DNA from: Geosiphon pyriformis uo1
Taxonomy: Eukaryota > Fungi > Glomeromycota
DNA length: 48,818 nucleotides
NCBI GenBank assembly: GCA_016748015.1
Contig: JAAOMT010000611.1
Coordinates: 1 to 48,818 of the forward strand
Direction: 5' to 3'
Shown here: positions 1 to 12,260 of the stretch, in pieces
Numbering within the stretch: position 1 is the first letter of the stretch
How the letters are laid out: each line of letters opens with the position of its first letter
The notes under the pieces: model-generated
Told to the model about the DNA's origin: nothing
Seen by the model: the letters and a program-made list of their open reading frames with translations, nothing else
Database searches by the model: none
Position numbers and translations under genes: made by a program

Positions 1-119
<119 letters not shown>

Positions 120-1199
120 AATAGATGAGGAAGACCAAATTCTTGATTATCATATATAATGATACATGATGACCCTGATTCCGTAATACACTGAAGTGAT
201 GTTTCGAAGTTTCATTCACCCTCAGTTGGCCATACCTTAAAGTAAAGCAACTCCAACATGAACACTTAATTTCCCAACCGATTTATTATTATCATTATTT
301 TGATTACTCAATTTACTAAATTTATTTATATTAATTATTCTTTAACTTATTATAATTTGTCACATATAAAATACATTTTTCATAACTTGAGCTTAAAAAA
401 CCTTGGTAATTCTTTATCATTGAAAATGATTAAAAGTATTGATTTTTGATCTGGATTTACGATTAGTTTTTTTTAACTCATTCAACCATCAATTATAACT
501 CTAATTAAAGAAGGTTTTTTATTGGTAATTTTATTTGATACTTTGAAAATTTCTTGTTATTATTGCCCCAAATCAAACATGACAAAGTTATATCACTGGA
601 TAACTCATCTAGTCAGACAATTTTAGTAAAAAAGAGAGAGAGATATATATATATATATATATGAAGGAAATCTTATGGTTAATTAGTAATGAGGAAAATA
701 TTCTTGCAATATTTTTGTTCCTTTCAAAGAAAATCCTTAAACCACATATTTGTTAACGTCTTTTCATTGGATTTTAGAGTTTATTTTTGGTAGTTAACCA
801 ATCTATAAATTTAAATCTTTTTGATTCATTAATAAATAAATGATTTTCAATTAAATCAATAAGTTGGGCGCTGTAAAAATTATGAATTACTAAACAACCG
901 CAGTTTTTCATTCTTTGAAACTTTTATGTCATCATCAAAATAAAAAATACGTAAAAATGAGCAGTGAAACCAAATTCGGGATAGTAAAATTAATAAAGAA
1001 TTATTTGAAATTCAAAAAAAGTAATTTTTACGGAGTAGGAACGGAGAGTTTGAAAAAGGTTAAAAATTATAAGAGGATAAATATTTTCGCGGGGCCAATC
1101 AATTAATCAAATTTTAATTTTAACCGCAGCACCAGTAATAGGAATTATATATTCGGGGAGATCTCGACATTATACTCTTTTTAAGTTGTTACTTTACCA

Positions 1200-1209
1200 T
1201 GTGTGTCTG

Positions 1210-1262
<53 letters not shown>
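1200..1262. repeat. (GT)n microsatellite
   Basis: Near-perfect GT array; it explains the spurious TH-repeat ORF at 1189-1374. Confidence 0.95.
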
Positions 1263-1265
<3 letters not shown>

Positions 1266-2510
1266 GAAAAAAAAAATCCCAAATCATTCGTACAACTTTA
1301 AATTCTGCATGACATTTATCACTACAGATCATCAAATCCTGCGCCTTAAATTGCAGATTTAATTTTAGTAGCAATTCTTTTGATCTAACCTCTCTTTAGC
1401 AGTAGCAGTGACAGCAGCAATAGTAAAAACCCCAGGAATTGGGAATCAGAATTAATGTTTCTCTGGGGAGAGGGAGAATTACTTGAATGCATGAGATCAT
1501 GATCATTTAAACATCAACTTCCCAAATTTTGCTTTGTGATTGTTGATTTAACTTCCCACATTGTGAATATCATGCATCAAATCTACTATCTTGATATTGT
1601 ACTCGTAGCTCTCAAATTTATGATATTCTTTCTATTGGTGATTCGGACTTTTTGCTTTCTTTCTCCAAGAATTTTTTCCGACTCTTTTGTCTCTTCCCCA
1701 ACTCCATAAACCCAATGAAAATCCCGAAAATACAGTTGATTACTCTTAATGGTATTCATTTTTTAAAAAAATAATAATTTTAAAAGTCAAATCTATTGTG
1801 AATATTTTTTCTTTGTGAATTAGAAAAAAAAAGTAATCTTCCTTACAACGATCATATCTTAAATTTATATATAGCGTAACCTTAAGTCATATAAATAATT
1901 ACAAAATATTATCAACCCATATATTGATTGGAATTGACCCTTCCTACTTTGAGATACCTTTGATTACTTACTTACTTACTTACTTTTTAAAGCATCCTGA
2001 CGTTTGTTTCTCTTTCCTTTATCTCGAAACCGTTATTTTATACTTTTTGGTATACCTCACCTTTCCATTTATTATTTACCAAAAATCTTGCTCCTTCTCC
2101 TTCTTCTCGTCCTCCTTTTTGAGTTTATCTCTGTCAAAAAGTAATAATTCGATAAACCCATAGCTTGAAAAAAGAAAAAAGGTAATTTTTCTATAATTAA
2201 ATTTTGCAATTTTATATTTTTAGTTGGGGGGTCTGCTTTTCATTTCATTTTATTTTTCTATTGGTGTATCATTGGTGCAAGAAGTTGAACAGACCGGTTG
2301 CGCAGGTGGTGCCAATGGTATCAATGGTATTCAATCTTAATTAATCTAAAAGAAGTTTCTCCATTATTGGATCACCAAAGATATTCTATTAATATAATAA
2401 ATAAATTATTTAAACATAGAAATTTTAGCAACTTAATTTAAATCCATTGCCAATAAAGCACTAACTCATATCCTTCCATTTCTCCATTCTATTAGAAATA
2501 TCAACATTAA

Positions 2511-3021
2511 NNNNNNNNNNNNNNNNNNNNNNNNNNNNNNNNNNNNNNNNNNNNNNNNNNNNNNNNNNNNNNNNNNNNNNNNNNNNNNNNNNNNNNNNNN
2601 NNNNNNNNNNNNNNNNNNNNNNNNNNNNNNNNNNNNNNNNNNNNNNNNNNNNNNNNNNNNNNNNNNNNNNNNNNNNNNNNNNNNNNNNNNNNNNNNNNNN
2701 NNNNNNNNNNNNNNNNNNNNNNNNNNNNNNNNNNNNNNNNNNNNNNNNNNNNNNNNNNNNNNNNNNNNNNNNNNNNNNNNNNNNNNNNNNNNNNNNNNNN
2801 NNNNNNNNNNNNNNNNNNNNNNNNNNNNNNNNNNNNNNNNNNNNNNNNNNNNNNNNNNNNNNNNNNNNNNNNNNNNNNNNNNNNNNNNNNNNNNNNNNNN
2901 NNNNNNNNNNNNNNNNNNNNNNNNNNNNNNNNNNNNNNNNNNNNNNNNNNNNNNNNNNNNNNNNNNNNNNNNNNNNNNNNNNNNNNNNNNNNNNNNNNNN
3001 NNNNNNNNNNNNNNNNNNNNN
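2511..3021. other. Assembly gap (N run)
   Basis: Run of N, followed by (AAT)n. Confidence 1.
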
Positions 3022-3056
<35 letters not shown>

Positions 3057-3119
3057 GAGAAATAAACAAGTCCTACCCTCCCCCTACCCCTTCTCCTCCC
3101 CAAAATTTTAATCACTTCA

Positions 3120-6100
3120 ATGTCAAGTGAGGACTTGAACAATATGAAACGGAGAAGAGTTGCGAGAGCATGTGATACTTGTCGACGCAAAAAAGTGCGT
3201 TGTGACGGTGTTCAGGCTGGTTCCGATCCTCCATCTTGCACAAATTGTAAAGCTTACGGATATGAATGGTATGTTTTTTGAATGAATCAAGGTTGGACTG
3301 TCGTTTTTTTCATTTAAAAATTTTCAACTAAAAAATATAGTTTGTTTGTTTGCTTGCTTACTTACTTGTAACCTATCTTTTTCATCATTCCAATTTATTA
3401 CGCTAAAATTTATCTTCTCAAGCTCATTTATTGATGCTCCAAAGAAACGTGGGCCTCCGAAAGGTTATATCGAAGCTTTGGAAACAAGACTCCAACGAAT
3501 GGAATCAATTCTTGGAGGTTTGGTTCAATCAGGAGATTTACCAGAAGGAACAATTTCTTCAAACCTTGAATGGATTAATGTGAACGAAACCAATTTCACC
3601 GGAAAGAATCAACAATCTAAAAATGGTTCCAGCCGTAAATCCTCCAATCCTGATGATGATAGCTCAAAAGATGAACCAATATATACACCTCGTTCAAATT
3701 CCTTATTATCAGCTCATCGAACAGATGGCTATGCCCGTAAATCAAAAGATCGAAAAATCGGCTATTATTCAAACTCAAACAGTGATAGTTCCGACGAGTC
3801 ATTGTCATCCGATAGTAAAGAGGGTTTTGGCGATAATTATGATTTGAATGATAGTATGGGACAATTGGCTATTGATGAAACTGGCCAGACAAGATATTTG
3901 GGAAATAGTTCTGGAATTTTCTTACTAAGAGTTACCAATAGAGTTGCAAATGGACAAATTTTTAAATTTCCTCGTAATGGATGCGAAGTTTACAGGAAGC
4001 CAAACAAACCGACATCATTCGAACTTCCACCTCGTGAATTATGTGATGAAATGTTGGATGTTTATTTTAAACAAGTTCATCCTTTCATACCTATCATTGA
4101 TCCGGAAGAGTTAAGAAAAAAATATCGATCCATTTCGAATAATTCTTCCATACTCATATTGCTCTTTGCAATGTTCGCAATGTCAAAGAGATTTTCAGAT
4201 CCACCGCTTGTTCGTAGGAACCCCGATGACCCAGTATATGCAGGCGAGTCCTTATCCGCTTTTTGATCACAAATCTTTCTTTACAGTGTTTCCCTCGCTT
4301 CCTCTAATTACTTTTTGTATATACATCTTTGAACTTTTAGCCGATTTATTTTTTGAATCTGCCAGAGATTTACTTAAAGAGGAATTCGATGAAGGTCAAC
4401 TAAGCACAGTTCAAGCTCTATTGTTAATGTCTGCTTACCAACAAGGCGCCAAAAATTCTAGGTCTTGGATGTATACTGGGATGGCGATTAGAATGGCACA
4501 AGATATGGGATTACATCGTGATTCCGCTAAATGGAGCCTTGAACAGACAAATGGGGAAGTTCGTAAGCGTGTATGGTGGAGTTGCTATATATCCGATAGA
4601 TTTGTTAGTGCCGGATTGGGACGAGTATGTGACATCAAAAATTTTTTCTGATTATCTGCATTTTCAATTCATTATTATCAATCATTTTTAATCTGATTCA
4701 AATATCTGTCTCTTTTTATTAATAGCCGATGATTATCGATGATTCAGATTGTGATGTTCCATTGCCTACACCCGGTCTTTTACCCGGTGATGAAATGGAA
4801 GTTGTGGATTGCTGGGTTCGAGCTATAAAACTTGTTCAAATCCTTGGCCGGGTTTTAATGCATATTTACGGTATAAAATCAAAACATACAACACATGCAG
4901 CTACTGATTCTGTTCTTGCTGGTTTAGACCGTGAATTGAATTCTTGGCGGGAAGCTTTACCGCCAGACAGCCAATATGACCCTGGAAAGTCTTTTAGCGA
5001 CCTAAAGAATCAAAGATATGGTCTCTTGCATTTAACATTTTACACCACTCAAATTTTATTACATCGACCTCATATAAGAGGGCCAAAATCGAAAGCTCCA
5101 CCTTCCTCAATACCCTCGCTTACCATATGTACAATGGCCGCGAATAATATAACGCACATCACGTATCGGAGCATGAAAGAAGGTCAATTAAAAGTTTTTT
5201 GGAACTTTATCCTTCACTTCTTCTTCACCGCTTCCATTATGCACGTAATTAATGCATTAAGCGGAGACGATCGGTTCCGTGAGGTGGCAAAACATGGCTT
5301 ACGCATGTCATTGAAATGTTTGGAGTATTTGAAAAAATATTGGTTCTCATCAGAAAAATGTATAATGGTCATAAGAGATTTATTATGTGTTCGTAATATT
5401 AGTCTGGATGGATTCAATCCAAATGGAACTGAACATTTTGATCGAACGCGTGGCGAAGATGCAAATTTCGCCAAGGTAGATGGAAACATTGTGAGTTTTT
5501 TACCCGACAGTAGTGAGTTTGATCCTGCACCAAATAGTCAGCATGTTGTAAAATTTGCCCCATCTCCAACTTCTACAATATCTACATCTTCGACGATACA
5601 AACTACGACGAGAGCAAATGAATACAGCACCGCTCTAATGCAACAAATGGCTGCTGCTGCCGCCGCCGCAACCGTTGTCAATTCTCAAAATGAAACGAAT
5701 AATCACACTATTCCCAACACCTCATTAATTTATCAACAGCAACATCATAATCTTCATTACCAAACATCACAGACGAGGAGAACCACTGCACCCATTGCAC
5801 CTTCACAACGATCTCCATCAATTCCTTACGAAAATTCTCCATCACCAGCTTCTTCATCCTCATCCATTTCGAGTTTCATACCATTCGGCAATGAATTTCC
5901 AAATCAAGAAAATGCGTTTTTTCCTCCAAATGCAGATGCATTTTCGGCAGATATAGCCCTAACTTTTGATGATGAGGATCCTCTTGGGAATGGAAATCCA
6001 TTCTGGGATATACCGTCTAATTTCAATTGGAATGAATGGACAGATTATGTGAACGGGATGCAAGGATTACGATTTGCGTCTAACGGTAACGGTTTAAATT

Positions 6101-6180
6101 CTGCCAGGGCTGATTCAATTGCCTCGTCGAATGTCGTTCCTCGGATGCATGGTAACGGAACTGAACCAAGAATTCCATAA
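3120..6180 (+). CDS. Zn(II)2Cys6 (GAL4-type) fungal transcription factor with Fungal_trans middle homology region; exons approx. 3120-3268, 3423-4243, 4341-4624, 4726-6180
   Basis: Exon 1 (not in the ORF track) reads MSSEDLNNMKRRRVARACDTCRRKKVRCDGVQAGSDPPSCTNC...EC and splices to SFIDAPKKRGPPKGYIEALETRL. Middle-homology-region motifs are YFKQVHPFIPII, STVQALLLM, GMAIRMAQDMGLHRD, RKRVWWSCYISDR and GRPMIIDDSDCDVPLP. The C-terminus is acidic/aromatic. Splice phases are consistent. Confidence 0.95.
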
Positions 6181-6773
6181 GGGCTATAAAGGTCATTACC
6201 AAAATACTAACAGTATTATTGACCAACGAGTGATCGAATTATGCCAATGGATCAATCCTTGTTTGGTTTTCGATAAGGTCATTAGTATTTTATATTAAGA
6301 AATTCCAATTCCCACATGAATGAATGTTTTACTATACGATTGTAAATAATACACATTTTCTAAGTCACCACCTCGAGTGATAATGTCCCACTTCTTTTTT
6401 TCCGATAATTTTTTTATATTAGAGTTTTACACACAATATCACATAATATTAACTTTTTTTTGGATAATCTACTTTTTGGTTGAAATCAAGACTGTACAGT
6501 TTAGCAAAAAATAACATTTGCATTTATGATGATAAATTTTTAAAATTATAAAATTATAAAATTGGCAATATTTGTATTGTAAACCTTTTTTTTTAGATGG
6601 CTGTTTTAATTAATATTTATTGAATTAATTGAAACCAAATAAATTTTTAACTGTTGATAATATTCTGAAAAATGACTATAAACATATTAAAACGAATATA
6701 TGTCACACAATGCACATATTTTTACTCGAGGTTAGAAATAAGATTAAGGAAAAAATAAAAATGATATTTTTGC

Positions 6774-6826
<53 letters not shown>
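6774..6826. repeat. (AAT)n microsatellite
   Basis: Tandem AAT. Confidence 0.9.
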
Positions 6827-7707
6827 TAAAAAAATTAAAACAAGTTTTTTTTATATAACTTATGTCAATTTCTTTATCTGATTCAATTTATTTTCGTTTG
6901 GGTTAAAAAGAAAATCTCCCAAAAATAAAAAGAAGGGGTAACACGAAAAATGGATTAAGCCAATATATATATATATTTTTTAGTTAATTTTCATGGTTAA
7001 ACTCCAAATTACTAATCTAATCGGGTACAGCAGTAGCGGGAAATACTAGTGTAACAATAGTTTTTTTGTGACTCCCAATGTTGTCCTACATTGAGTTTAT
7101 CATTGAGATTTTTAAAACTTGACATTTTAATCGAACGCTCGATATAATTTTTTTGACCACACAGTTGTCACCGTCTTTTAAAATGCATTACCCGATAGGT
7201 AGGAATATTGGTCATAAATATTTTGACAATTTTACGGCTAGGTATTGTGACATCCAATTGATTGATTCAATGTTATTTAATAAAAAATGAATTACCAATT
7301 AATTCTTGATTTGGGTTCATTGAGGACCCTAGAAAAAATTCAGGTAAAATTTACCAAAAAAAGTAACAATTAAAAATCATAATTTTTTATCATGATTCAA
7401 TCTAAAAATTTCTTTTGGCCGACAAATATTACACCCACGTAAGCAAATATGCAATGATTTCACCTTTTTAGATTTAACAAATATGGAAATAGAATTGTCG
7501 TTTAGTTCCTTTTGTACAGGTTTAGAAGGAATTTTTTCAAGAGAAAATTCTCAAGTTATTAGTAACAAGGTTATGTATGTATGATATTATGTCATGAATT
7601 TTTCTGAGAAAAGAAAGAAAGATTTTTTTTCTTCTAAATTAGACTAAACAGGAAAATTCGGCGTGAGATTTCAAGTTGGTCTTTTACCTATTAACATTCT
7701 TGTCTTC

Positions 7708-7709
7708 CT

Positions 7710-7800
<91 letters not shown>

Positions 7801-7828
7801 CTATTTCTTTCTTTCTTTCTTTCTTTCT
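7708..7828. repeat. (TTTC)n microsatellite
   Basis: Tandem TTTC; it explains the SFFL-repeat ORF at 7676-7864. Confidence 0.95.
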
Positions 7829-8744
7829 TCTTTCCTTGCTAGAAATGTCAATGGATCATATTAATTTGGTAAAAAAGATTTTTTATCTTTCTTATTGGTA
7901 AGCATGGAAATATTTTATTTCCGTGCAGTTTTAAGTTTGGAATTCATTAATTTATAATTAGATTTTTTTCTTTCAAAAAAAAAAAAAAAAAATTTAAAAT
8001 TAGATTGAGATTCAATTTTCATTTTTTTTTGTACTTTAAAAAGATTTTCGAGTTCAAAAATCGGGAGTGAGGGGGGGGGGGAGGTGGTGGGGAAGGATTG
8101 ATAATTAAAGAAATATATGAACAAATATAAAGATGATTTTATTTTATTTTATAAAATACCATTTTAATTGTGTGATCGTTGTTGATTAGATAGGTTAGGA
8201 TACCCATAGACATTTGAAATGACATCAAGAATTGAAAAAGGTGAAACATCATGGGTCATGCCAAAATGATTAACTTGAATTTCTCATTTCGGGACAATAT
8301 TTGGCCGGAGAAAAAAATTAAGAATAGTTTTTTTCATTTTTTTTTAGATGTATTAGATTTTTAGTTAATGATGATATTAAAAAGATCTTTACCAGAACGA
8401 GAACAATTTTAATAAAAATATAACGATTCGATCGATAAATGAAAAAGTCCTTGCAAAAAAAAATGTTATGATCATGATCAACACAAATTTTTTGAATTTC
8501 CAAATATGGTAAGGAAGTAAATTGTGTGATATATAAATAATTAACATTATTTATATGGTTCTCATATTTTTAAAATTCCAAAAAAAGTTGTTTTGAGTAT
8601 TTAAGATTGGTAGGTTGGTGGGTTAGTGAGTGAGTGAGTGAGTGAGTGAGTGTCAAGAAAATTAAAATAAAATAGTGACGTAATCATTTACTTTTATTAT
8701 TTGTCAAAAAATTTTAATATTAGAAATTTAGAATTTTAATTTAT

Positions 8745-8806
8745 ATTTATTATTATTATTATTATAGATTATTATTATTATAGATTATTATTATTATTAT
8801 TATAGA

Positions 8807-8841
<35 letters not shown>

Positions 8842-8842
8842 G
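8745..8842. repeat. Interrupted (ATT)n array with recurring TATAGATT units
   Basis: Three ATT runs each ending in tatagatt, then a final ATT run. Confidence 0.85.
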
Positions 8843-9394
8843 TTCCCAAATCGGTATTAATCAGCATTTTAAAAAGAAAATGATTCCTTGTCACATTTTT
8901 TTTCTTTTTCAAAATTTGATTCCTTGGCACATTTTTTCTTTTTGAAAAATATTTATTCTCGATTTGAGTCAGAAATTCAGGGTTAATTTTTATTAAATAT
9001 CTTGAAAGAATGATTGGGGGGGGGAATGAGGAGGCTAATTATCTAATATCAAACAAGATGTTTAAGGTTTTTTTTTTAAATTTACAAATTAATATAAAAA
9101 AAATGTCTCCGAAATATATTTTTTTCAAAGATAATATTTATTTATTATTTATTTATTTTTACACGAGATTTGATTATAAACAATTCTTTTTAGAATATTC
9201 TTTCAAAAAATCTATAAAATTCGATGCTTTTTAACTTTTTTAAGAAAAACTAATAAAGTTTTTATTTAAATTCTATAAAAAATCTAAATGTCAAACAAAG
9301 ACTAAACTTGAAAAAGTATATTTATTATAAACTCAAACTAATCTGATTGCATTGAAAATGAGATTCATTTAAAATCTTCTTCCCAAATTGTACT

Positions 9395-9431
9395 TGTTAT
9401 TGTTATTGTTATTATTATTATTATTATTATT

Positions 9432-9480
<49 letters not shown>

Positions 9481-9482
9481 TT
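9395..9482. repeat. Compound (TTA)n(TTG)n microsatellite
   Basis: Directly visible tandem triplets. Confidence 0.9.
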
Positions 9483-9957
9483 TCAAAAATTTAGCCCTTA
9501 AACAAATTTATCTTGTATTTACTGCCATTCAATTTACGATGACGAGAAATTATTATCATTAGTATTGTATTTAGAGCTTAATTGAATGTTTGTTTAGGTT
9601 ATTTGCTTGAAGGGCAATTAAATAAATAAAAAATTATCTCATTTATTGATAGTGACGATAATTGTAACAGTGACAATAACAGTGAAATTAGGAAAGTTTA
9701 AAATGCCTGATTTATTGGTTATGAATGGTGTTTTCTATTTACTATTAGTATACTTGAAAATTTATACAATTAACTTTACTCGATTAGAAAAAGGTTAATT
9801 GTATTATAAAAATAAAGCTTAATATGAATATGAATATTATTATTTATTATATATAATTGGAAAAAATAACTATCAAAATCTTTTTTAAATAAATCTATTA
9901 ATTAATTAATTGTCTAAAAGCTTCCAACAATTTTATTTTTAGGAAGCGAAATTAATC

Positions 9958-9997
<40 letters not shown>

Positions 9998-10460
9998 GAG
10001 TTTTCTCTGATTAATTTTTAGTCTAATATAAAGTGGATTCGAATTTCAATCCTGGACGAAATTGAAACGAGATTTGAGATTGGTCAAGATAATCAAAAGC
10101 CTTGTTTAATGTTTTTTGAATTGGATGTTTTAGGGAATCTCATTATAAACTCTTTGGTTAGAAATTTTCTCTATTAATCAATCAATTTAAGACACTATGT
10201 TTAGATAGTAAAATGACCAATCTTCAAATCTGAAAGAACTCGAAGTGTATATCATTATTAGATTAGATAAGATATCATTACACTGTTCAATTTTAATTTC
10301 AAGATCCGTGTCAAATAATTGATAAGAATGGCAGTTAAGAACGACTAAAAATTTTACATTTTTCAATCAAAAAATTAATTGCCTTTTTAATATTTATAAA
10401 CTTTTTCATAAACCATACTTGTAACTCTTAGTTACTGATGTAAAAATCAAGTATATAAAA

Positions 10461-11392
10461 TCATGCCAAATTAAGATCAACTCTAGGTTTTTTTGCATTA
10501 CTCTGCTCGTGATCATCCTCTTCTGGACGTCCTCGTTTTAAGCCTCTATTAATACCCAAAGTTTGACCTACTTTTGATCCATGAGATGGAGTTTGTAATA
10601 TCTTTATGCCTTTCGTAAAGATTTTTTCTTCTTCATATTCTTGATTCACTTTCTCTTTGTTCTTAATTTCCTCTGCTTCTTCTCCTTCTTCTTCTTCTTC
10701 TTCTTCTTCTTCTTCTTCTTCTTCTTCTTCTTCTTCTCCTTTGCTGCTATTTTCTTTAATTGGTTTAGGGAACTGATATTGCAACATTAAGCTTGCATAA
10801 TCTGGTCTAATCTCAACGATTCCCCCACCATCTTCATGTGAAGCGTATTGAGTATTAATGTCAGGCTAAATTTTTATGGAATAAAGTTTTTTGATTAAAT
10901 TTTAATTTCAAATTGTTACAAATAATAAAAAAGTTTAAATATATTTACAAGCTTTTTCCATCGTAATCCATTCAAATAGATCTCAAATTTCCCTAGCGCT
11001 ATATCTTTTAAAGAATTATTTTGTGGTCCTTGAAATTGAGGAGCCTCATAATTATCGATTTCCTCTCTTTCTTTGTCCTCTTCTTTTTTGGTGTTCTTTC
11101 CCTTATTTTTCTCCTCATAATTATCACCCTGATCCTCATAATACTCATCCTTATTATTACTTTTCCTTTGATAAAAGTTGTAGGCAAACATCTGAAATCC
11201 ACTAGGTTCATTAAGGTTCCATGGGTGAAATGTATTACTTAAGTGGGAGGTCGCTTTAAGGAAAGACTCATTTAAAGAGCCATCCAAGTATTCATCAAAT
11301 CCATTTAGGTCGTAATCAACTTCATAGGGAATATCTTTTATCATAACATTTTTATTTTCTTTAGTTAATTTTGTGCTTTTCATGTTTCCCAT
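10461..11392 (-). CDS. Hypothetical acidic protein (~282 aa) with poly-Glu tract and C-terminal bipartite NLS-like motif; exons 11392-10949, 10865-10461
   Basis: Two minus-strand ORFs join in phase 0 via CTT|GTAAAT...TTTAG|CCT (WKKL-PDINTQY). There is a long poly-E tract, and the protein ends KRGRPEEDDHEQSNAKKPRVDLNLA. Confidence 0.7.
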
Positions 11393-12059
11393 TTGGTTTT
11401 CGCTTTCTGTCAAACTTTTTTAAATTTATAGTTTTATATAGCGGATATTCACAAAATTAAAATTCTCCTTTATCAAGTGTGAATAGGAATTATGGTAAAA
11501 ACCCTTCAGCTGATCTTGTTTACATGTATATCCTAATCATGATTATGATCTAGATAGGTGACTAATAATTTTCTTTCAAAATCACGCGACGACGACGACG
11601 ACGACTAAAAATAATGTTTTATCGGGATGCCGTAAAATTTCCTTTGGTGAGTGAACTTTTGGGCATCGTCACCCTTTGAGGTATTTAAATTTAATTTGAC
11701 TTTAAATTGGTCATGAAGATTAAGAATCATTCAAAAGGATTCCTCTTATAATATTCACTATTACTAATCAGTCGTGACAATCTTTGTTCTATTAGAGTGT
11801 GAATTTTGTATTTAATCCAAGTTATAAAGGCAATTGTGAAATAATAAAATTTTATGTCCTAATCATTCAATTTATATAAAATAATAATCAGTGGAAATAA
11901 TAAATTTAGTAACATAATAATTTTTTATATATACATTTGATAAGAATGAATTCTAAAAACTGGAATTAAATATAAGTGAGGTTTAATTATTTACTTAAAT
12001 TTTTTCTAATTTGCGAAACAAATTTTAAATTTAACTCGAAACTAACTATAGCTAAATTT

Positions 12060-12260
12060 AATGACATTATTATCATAAGAAAAATAATATGATTCATAGA
12101 ATTTATTCTTCGATTAAGGTAAAAGAAGATAAAATGGCGAATTACGGGATTATGGCAAAATTAATAATTTATTCAGGGTTGTGATAAAATACTATATCAT
12201 TTTCTTACTTAAATAAATGACATACTTACACACGTTTTATTCTTGCACACTAATTTATTT
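12060..12260 (+). repeat. Dispersed repeat copy 1 (similar to ~41895-42070), at the start of an AT-rich relic block
   Basis: taaaatggcgaattacgggattatggcaaaattaataattt aligns with taaaatgacgaagtatggtattgtggcaaagttaataattt at ~41954. Confidence 0.6.

Noticed and set aside
125-260. Possible C/D snoRNA (ATGATGA...CTGA...GTGATG) or terminal exon (DEEDQILDYHI*)
   Set aside because: No terminal D box or stem and no recognisable rRNA guide. The exon reading cannot be verified without upstream sequence.
2461-3190. Long ORFs spanning N-gaps (also 24088-24880 and 27476-28483)
   Set aside because: Artefacts of N runs; only the flanks of 27476-28483 are real lipase-like exons.
3617-5489. Overlapping or antisense ORFs inside the transcription factor gene
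   Set aside because: Shadow frames of a real CDS with no independent features.
7676-7864. SFFL-repeat ORF; likewise the TH-repeat ORF 1189-1374 and poly-M/V ORF 22157-22357
   Set aside because: Translations of microsatellites.
8881-8950. Two ~37 bp direct repeats (tgattccttg.cacatttttt...)
   Set aside because: A simple local tandem duplication with no spacers; not CRISPR-like, and the context is eukaryotic.
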